The notes under the pieces are model-generated. The model worked only from the letters and a program-made list of their open reading frames with translations. It was not told the DNA's origin and did not search any database. The position numbers were made by a program, and so were the translations under genes. DNA of 60,504 nucleotides, the filler included, from Streblomastix strix (lineage: Eukaryota): NCBI GenBank assembly GCA_008636045.1. It is 2 parts of 2 records of this genome, joined end to end, with 100 filler letters (N's around TTAATTAATTAA, not from the genome) between each part and the next. Parts side by side here need not be neighbours in the genome. Positions count along the whole stretch, not along the records: positions 30,340 to 60,504 come from SNRW01000094.1; 1 more part is not named here. One strand, 5' to 3'. This document shows, one piece after another, positions 54,601 through 60,504 of the stretch. Numbering within the stretch: position 1 is the stretch's first letter; each line of letters starts with the position of its first letter.

Positions 54601-55830
54601 CTACGAATAATTAATAGCTATAAGAGATTTACATAAGAAGGAAGATTATTCATTGCAGAAATCAAAGGCCATATTTAAGAGGATTACATTAACGATTTCA
54701 TTAACTTCCCACCTATTCTAAGGAATTATGAATTTTCAACAGATGAAAGAACTATCGGTAGTTATATGTATTGTCACATGAAAGACAATACGATTAAGAC
54801 AGATCAAAAATAAAGAAAGCTACTTAATTTATTATCAACGATGGGAGAATTCATGGCATTTAGCTCAGACTATTTATAGTTCTTAATTTATGATTGTCAT
54901 TTTATTACAGATGATGTAAAATAGATAGTGCTATTCAATAAACATGATTAATTCAATTCATTTATTAAGGAATTTATAAAAAACAGAATTGAAGCAAAAT
55001 TAGATGAGAATAAGGGATAAGAATAATTCTTTAAGATAGTTATGAATAGTTCATATTGAAGTGAAAGAATGAACACTGTGAAATATCATAAAGTTAAAAT
55101 GATGAATAGGAAGTAAACTGAAAGAGCAATTAGATCTAATGCCTTCATGGACGAACAAAAAATATCTGAAGATAACTATATCATATAAATGAATCCAGAG
55201 AATTGCAGTTGTAAAACTCCTTTATAAGTTGCATTCTTTGTATTAGATAACGCTAAATATCGGTATCTAAACTTCATATATAACTTCATGTATAAATGCT
55301 TAGATGTGGATAGGATACATTTTGTCGAAGGAGATACTGATTCAGCTTATTGGGGTATTAGTGGAAATCCAAATGAAGATTTTACTTAGTAATTTAATGC
55401 TGTTATAAGCGATCGAGATTTTTATAATAAAAATGCTAAGTATTTCTTCCCTAGGATTAGAGGAGATGTTTATGATGAGAAAAAGATATTAGGTCTTTCA
55501 ATCGAAAGACAAGGAATTGCAATGTATGCTCTTGCTCCTAAAAATTATATGATAAAAACTAACAATTGCGCTAATTCAAAAATAAAATTAAAAGGAGTTA
55601 ATTGTAAGACTAATAAGATAATTAAAGAATAGATAGTCGATTGTATTAATGAAGGTAAGATAACAAAATGCACAAACAATCGTTTAGGCTAGAAGAATCA
55701 TTAGATGAGTTAATTATCTATTATAAAAAATGGAATCACAGGAATTCATACAAAAATGATAGTGCTAGAGAATCAATCATGCTGCCCATATATATTCAGT
55801 TTGACAGCAAAAGATTATTCATATAAATGA
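51648..55830 (+). pseudogene. Protein-primed DNA polymerase B (terminal-protein-like region, OTU-like protease, Zn finger, HNH insert, polymerase), internally deleted
   Basis: GNNNNCYMEAIAKALHP (52871-52921), SHAFAIAN..FCPHCN..HTIKC, KGLFPYQAF, YLQFYNEQDT, WITGGLSNV, VGVDFNSLYPS, KIVMNSSY*S, EGDTDS, APKNY, KLKGV; TGA 55828-55830; no ExoI/ExoII segment visible at the ~53460 junction. Confidence 0.92.
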
Positions 55831-55872
55831 AACCAAAGGTTTGAGCTATGCTAATCAAAATTAAATTATTTT

Positions 55873-56454
55873 TCAATATTCTATATCATGTTATCTTTTT
55901 AATTTATTCAAACACATTTTATGTTTGTTATTATTTGTACCATAAACACATATATAATGTACCTGATTTTTTGTCTTCAATAGGGTGAAGTTATCGATAT
56001 TACAATCCATTATAGAGATTGAAATTGCCATTATCAAAATATAGAAATTCAAATTAATATTGTCCATATTAATTAACCGTAATAGCTGCATCGGATAATT
56101 GATCAATATAGTTATATGTTATATCTCCGTAGCATGATTTATTTTTAGTATTTTATGAGATAAAACACCATCTAAGATTAGTTAAATCATTATTTAATTT
56201 GTTTCGATCTTTATGATCTATATCAGGTAAATTATCAGGATTAGGTAAGAATTATTTAGCTAAAACACGATGGTATTTAAATTTCTTTCTACTAAATACA
56301 ATATTCATATATCCATTAGATTTATCTAGTGTTATTGCTGGTATATATTAATCTCTTTTTCTTCTAATCTTATGAGTTTCTTCAGATAGTATCTCATAAT
56401 CAGCGTTTACAGTAACGGTACCCATTGATTCACTTCACTGTTTTCTTCTGCCAT
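55873..56454 (-). pseudogene. HNH homing-type endonuclease
   Basis: NGYMNIVF.KKKFKYHRVLAKQFLPNPDNLPDIDHKDRNKLNNDLTNLRWC (HNH_3 pattern); frameshifts near both ends. Confidence 0.88.
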
Positions 56455-56476
56455 TTTTATGTACAGATGAAAATAA

Positions 56477-57493
56477 TCATTTATTTTTGATAATCTCAAA
56501 TTTTCCCATCCACTTATTCAGTATGATAAATTCATATTTCTTTAATGTGTTGTACAGTAATTGGAATTCATCAAAATCTAAATTTTATATGGTATTTTCA
56601 TCGTACACTTATCTTAAATCACTTTCTCCAAGATTAACGCCTAAGCAAATTACATGGGTTAATATCCTAGCTATCTTAAACAAATAAGTTGGTCGTTAAA
56701 CAATAAAGAAGATAGTATTTTTTGAATGATGTGAATCACTAACGAGATGCGTTATTGTTTTAGATAGTTATGAACTGAATCGTTAGATATCTGCATTAGA
56801 TCCAATATCATCGACGAGCATTAATGTATGGAGTAATTAAGCTTTTTCTAATATAGGTATTTTCATCACCTTTACATCAACTTAATCGTTATTGACTATT
56901 TTGAATTTCTTTTTGTAACTAACGTTTTGAGTTAGTGCAGGGATATCGAATCTCAATATCTTGGTTGGTTAACTATATGTATTAATGGTTTCGATTACAT
57001 TTTATTTGAATAGTTCAGCAATTCGATTAAGATAATCATTAGGTTTTTCATTCTTTTTTATCTCATTATTTTATAATATCTATTCTTCCATTCGCTTAAT
57101 GAAATCGCTAGTGTATGATTATTTTTACTCATTCATTTTGTACCAAGTGTACATTTCCTTTGTGGAAAACTTTATCTCATCAAATTCAGGTAGAAATATC
57201 ATTGCTTCTCCATAAGTTACATTCGTTAGTTAAATGTTCTTACTATTTAGATTTAATGCCATAGTTTCATCAGCACCATAATTCGAGAAGTATAATATGA
57301 ATGGATCAATGATTTTCTTATATATCACAACTAGCTTACACATTAATGTTGTTTTACCACTTCCAACTGCTCCAACAATATAATGATTTCCATTAATCAG
57401 GAACAATGAATTCTTCGTTAATGGCGTAGTTTTATATTCGTTCAATAGATCTTAGTTAGTAAATGTTATATCTTATAATTCTTATAAAGTCAT
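56477..57493 (-). CDS. A32/FtsK-like DNA packaging ATPase, 338 aa
   Basis: Uninterrupted code-6 ORF; Walker A YIVGAVGSGKTT, Walker B LMLVDD, DSHH (RH expected), FFIVQ, ARIL. Confidence 0.88.
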
Positions 57494-57554
57494 TTTCAAA
57501 AATATTAAAACGAATCCGTGTTAATGTAACATACTTAGTTTGATCATTAACATA

Positions 57555-57893
57555 ATGAACTACATGTTCTATGGTGTTAATTTTGTAACATCAATTATAT
57601 CTGTATCAATTCCTGATAAATTAATGGATACAGATAATGTAGTAAAAACTTTATGGAGTTATTTTGATATAGTTTTGGTTTCATTAAATATAACGATTTA
57701 CATTATACAATTCTTTTACAAAAGAAAAATGGACAAGAATTAGCCAAGAATCCATTGGTCATAGCTATCAGTAGAATAAATTGAAACGTTTTTGAATGAA
57801 GCAATAACTAGTAAAGATTTGGAATTGGCAACTCATTGGAGATATATCCTTTACCTTAAAATGTTAAATTAGCCTTAAAAATAAATTGTTTGA
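57555..57893 (+). CDS. Small putative membrane protein, 112 aa
   Basis: Open ORF with hydrophobic segment LWSYFDIVLVSLNITIYIIQFFY followed by KRK. Confidence 0.55.
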
Positions 57894-57903
57894 GTTAAAT
57901 AAA

Positions 57904-58152
57904 ATGGAGTAACTTTACTAATTAGCGACAAACATTGGCTTAAAGTATTATGCAACAGATTATGAGATTTTCAAAATATTTGAAACATTAATTGAGATAA
58001 ATGATCTATCAATTGAAGATAAACAATTGTATCAATAATTCAAATAACATTATTGTTTTATTGAACCAATCCAAGATTAAATTGAAGATATAATCAAATA
58101 CATATAATATATCAACAATCTTATTATTTTAAATTAAGTTAATAGTAATTGA
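57904..58152 (+). CDS. Hypothetical element protein, 82 aa
   Basis: MEQLYQLATNIGLKYYATDYEIFKIFETL...; starts 10 nt after the previous stop. Confidence 0.5.
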
Positions 58153-58570
58153 CAAAGTTACGGTATTACTCATCATTCACAAACTAATTGTAAATCTATT
58201 TTTCTTCTTCACTAGCTTCAGAGATAATGCACTTCTTTATTTGTTACGGTTAATTGTTTAGATCTAATGACTTTTTAATTAATAGATGTTTATTTTTGAA
58301 GTACTTACTCTATTCATTAAATAACTTGTTTTTATAATCCTCTTCATCAACCATTTTCTTTATATTTTATAATTATTGCTATTGATTATTGATTGTTTTA
58401 TTGATTTTCATTAATTCTTAGAGTAATGGATGAATTGATTCTATTACATCATTCTTTAACAAATTTTATAATACTTCATTTGTAACTTTAATTGTATCGT
58501 TATCTTAAAAGTGTGATTTAACTAATTCATTGAATAATTGTTTGATCGGTTATGTTACAGCTTTTTCCAT
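58112..58570 (-). CDS. Hypothetical coiled-coil element protein, 152 aa
   Basis: MEKAVTQPIKQLFNELVKSHF...YQLNLKQQDC*; starts 20 nt after the fibre stop; convergent 41-nt overlap with 57904-58152. Confidence 0.5.
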
Positions 58571-58590
58571 TTATTTCAAAAATAAATTAA

Positions 58591-60175
58591 TCAAAAGGTT
58601 TGACCATTGAATGTTAATGTGTTTCCATCAGCTGATATTATTAATCCTTTATTTGATTGAAGAATTTAATCATCAACTATAATCCTTAATTCACCAGTTG
58701 GAGTATTTACTATGCACCACTAATTTATAATGTTTCACCTGTTGATAGGGGGAATACAACCCAGACAAATTTCATTATACTAACTATCAGCCTACTGTGA
58801 TATTCGTAGTCCATAATTATAATTGTTACCATTTGGATTGATTTAATCTGCACCACAAGTAACGCCTGCAAATGATGTAGTTTTACCAGCATTTTATATA
58901 TACCGTTAAGGTACTTAAACATTTGCATAAGTACCTGATAAAACAGTACAACGATGATTGATACATAAGTACTATCTGTTGGATGTATCAAAAATTAACT
59001 ATTTTTAAAAGTTTTTTTTACCAGTAATTGTTTAATCAATAGCAATACTAACATAATTATCATTTATCTTTTTTCTTGTTAAATAATCACCAGCTATCGA
59101 TTTTTCATCATCATCCCTTTTTCTAATTATTTCTTCTATAATTTGCAATGTTTTACCTGTTTTTGCAACATATTCAGTTGCTTACGCATCTCTATTAATA
59201 AACATTGTTGAAGTTAATGGTTCAACATATGTTAATTACTATGTATGAACATGATCATTTCTACAATAATCATAGCCAGTTCCATTAGTTGCAGCAGTAG
59301 CATTTACTGGAGGTACGTTTGTAGTAGTTGGATCAACATTAAAAGATTGTTAATGTGTAGCACTAGCAACTATATTAGATGAACTTGCAGTTCCAGTACC
59401 AGAATCTTTCAGGAGAACGTCATTATTTATATTTACATGATGAATGTGATCGAATCTAGCATAAGTATTAGCAACACCATCTTCACCTGTAGCAGTATCT
59501 TTTGCTGGTAAAATGGTAGAAACTTATAGAAGATGTTACTGATCTTCTCTAGCATATTCAGTATTTGTTTCCACTATACCTCCTTCAATAGATGCCTTTG
59601 GCGTTGCACCACATGCAGACGTTACTTAATCTGGAACAATATCTACACTATTATACCAAGCTGCATCAAACATCCAAACTGTCCCACTTTCAGTATTAAA
59701 TAAAAAATCACAATTAGCGGAATTAATTAAATTTTATATATCACTATTCAATAAATAATATCCTCGGAAATGTGCTTATCCTGTTAATTCCTAATTAATA
59801 GTATCAATTTCATTTTTTTGTATCAGTGATATCTTATTCAGTTGTTCCAATTGATTGTTATAATAAATTCACTTATTTAATAAACTAATTAATTTAAGCA
59901 ACAAAATCAAATTTAATCACATTCAAATTATTTATAGTTAGCAATCCATTAGGTTTTATTTTTAATGCAAAATCTGATGTCATTCCATCAACGATTTAAC
60001 TATTAGCTGCATAGACTAATGCATTGTTATAATCTATGAATAATTAGTATTCTTCATTTGATATCATTCCACCACTAGAATTACCTCGTTTCTAATATAG
60101 AATACGGTAAGCTATATCTTTAGTGATTAACTATCTAACTGTTCGGATTTACTATTACGATAGCGCGTTATTCAT
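58591..60175 (-). pseudogene. Phage tail-fibre-like virion fibre protein, frameshifted
   Basis: Repeats EYAREDQQH, TYARFDHIH, VASATHQQ, DYCRNDHVH, each after a G/T/A-rich linker; DQTITGKKTF; ends SADGNTLTFNGQTF*. Confidence 0.7.
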
Positions 60176-60194
60176 TTTAACAAATTAATATACA

Positions 60195-60404
60195 TCAATT
60201 ATTTTTATTTACAAGACGATCCATGGCACTTGCAAGATTAGCCCCTGCACCTAGTGCTCTTCCAATTCCAGGATGAATCATTCCAACCGGTCCTGAAATT
60301 GTTGTTGAAACTTTATGTAACTCTGACGCAACCTATTTTGTTACATTCTTCATTCCTGTTAATATTTTTGATCCAAAGTTACTAATTCCAGAGAAGAAAA
60401 CCAT
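60195..60404 (-). CDS. Small amphipathic protein resembling adenovirus pVI / adintovirus PX membrane-active peptide, 69 aa
   Basis: MVFFSGISNFGSKILTGMKNVTKQVASELHKVSTTISGPVGMIHPGIGRALGAGANLASAMDRLVNKNN*; FFSGISNFGS parallels the pVI lytic helix LWSGIKNFGS. Confidence 0.6.
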
Positions 60405-60504
60405 TTTTGATTAATAATAAATTTTATTATCTTAATCATCGCTTCGATAGGTTTAATTTTGCTTAAGAAAAAATATCGTCCAAATCTAGTGATTATCTTG
60501 GACG

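Larger units (their letters stand above)
49330..60504. mobile_element. Endogenous Polinton/Maverick-like virus (runs off the right edge)
   Basis: Dense, intronless, partly overlapping genes: penton-like, pPolB, HNH, A32-like ATPase, small ORFs, fibre, pVI-like. No major capsid gene or TIR identified inside the window; left boundary approximate. Confidence 0.9.

Noticed and set aside
1..60504. rRNA/tRNA genes; one giant element spanning the window
   Set aside because: No structured RNA gene recognised by eye; intron-containing host genes and a linker gap separate the viral segments and no matching terminal repeats were found.

Overview
Very AT-rich eukaryotic (protist) genomic DNA read with a non-standard nuclear code: TAA/TAG = Gln, TGA = stop (translation table 6). 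The supplied standard-code ORF track therefore only shows fragments. Gene families, GT-AG AT-rich introns and the code resemble an oxymonad such as Streblomastix (inference; ciliates and hexamitids use the same code). Host genes: SPRY/B30.2-like and ARM-like family members, a di-ubiquitin-like protein, a ~10 kb class I cyclic-nucleotide phosphodiesterase, eIF1/SUI1, an EF-hand protein, a legumain (C13) cut by a gap, and a 7.1 kb intronless PPP-phosphatase frame with three in-frame TGAs. About a third of the window is endogenous Polinton/Maverick-like virus DNA written in the host code. (i) 1-4.9 kb: Fic gene, primase-D5 helicase and three copies of a GC-rich motif. (ii) 36.6-39.3 kb: a deleted integrase/pPolB/ATPase remnant. 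(iii) 49.3-60.5 kb: penton-like gene, pPolB with OTU-like and HNH modules, free HNH nuclease, packaging ATPase, small membrane protein, phage-like fibre and an adenovirus pVI-like peptide. An 822-bp MITE with ~280-bp TIRs lies at 32.2-33.0 kb. An artificial-looking linker in the gap at 30.24-30.34 kb means the two halves may not be adjacent in vivo. All translations and family calls were made by eye; no searches were run.
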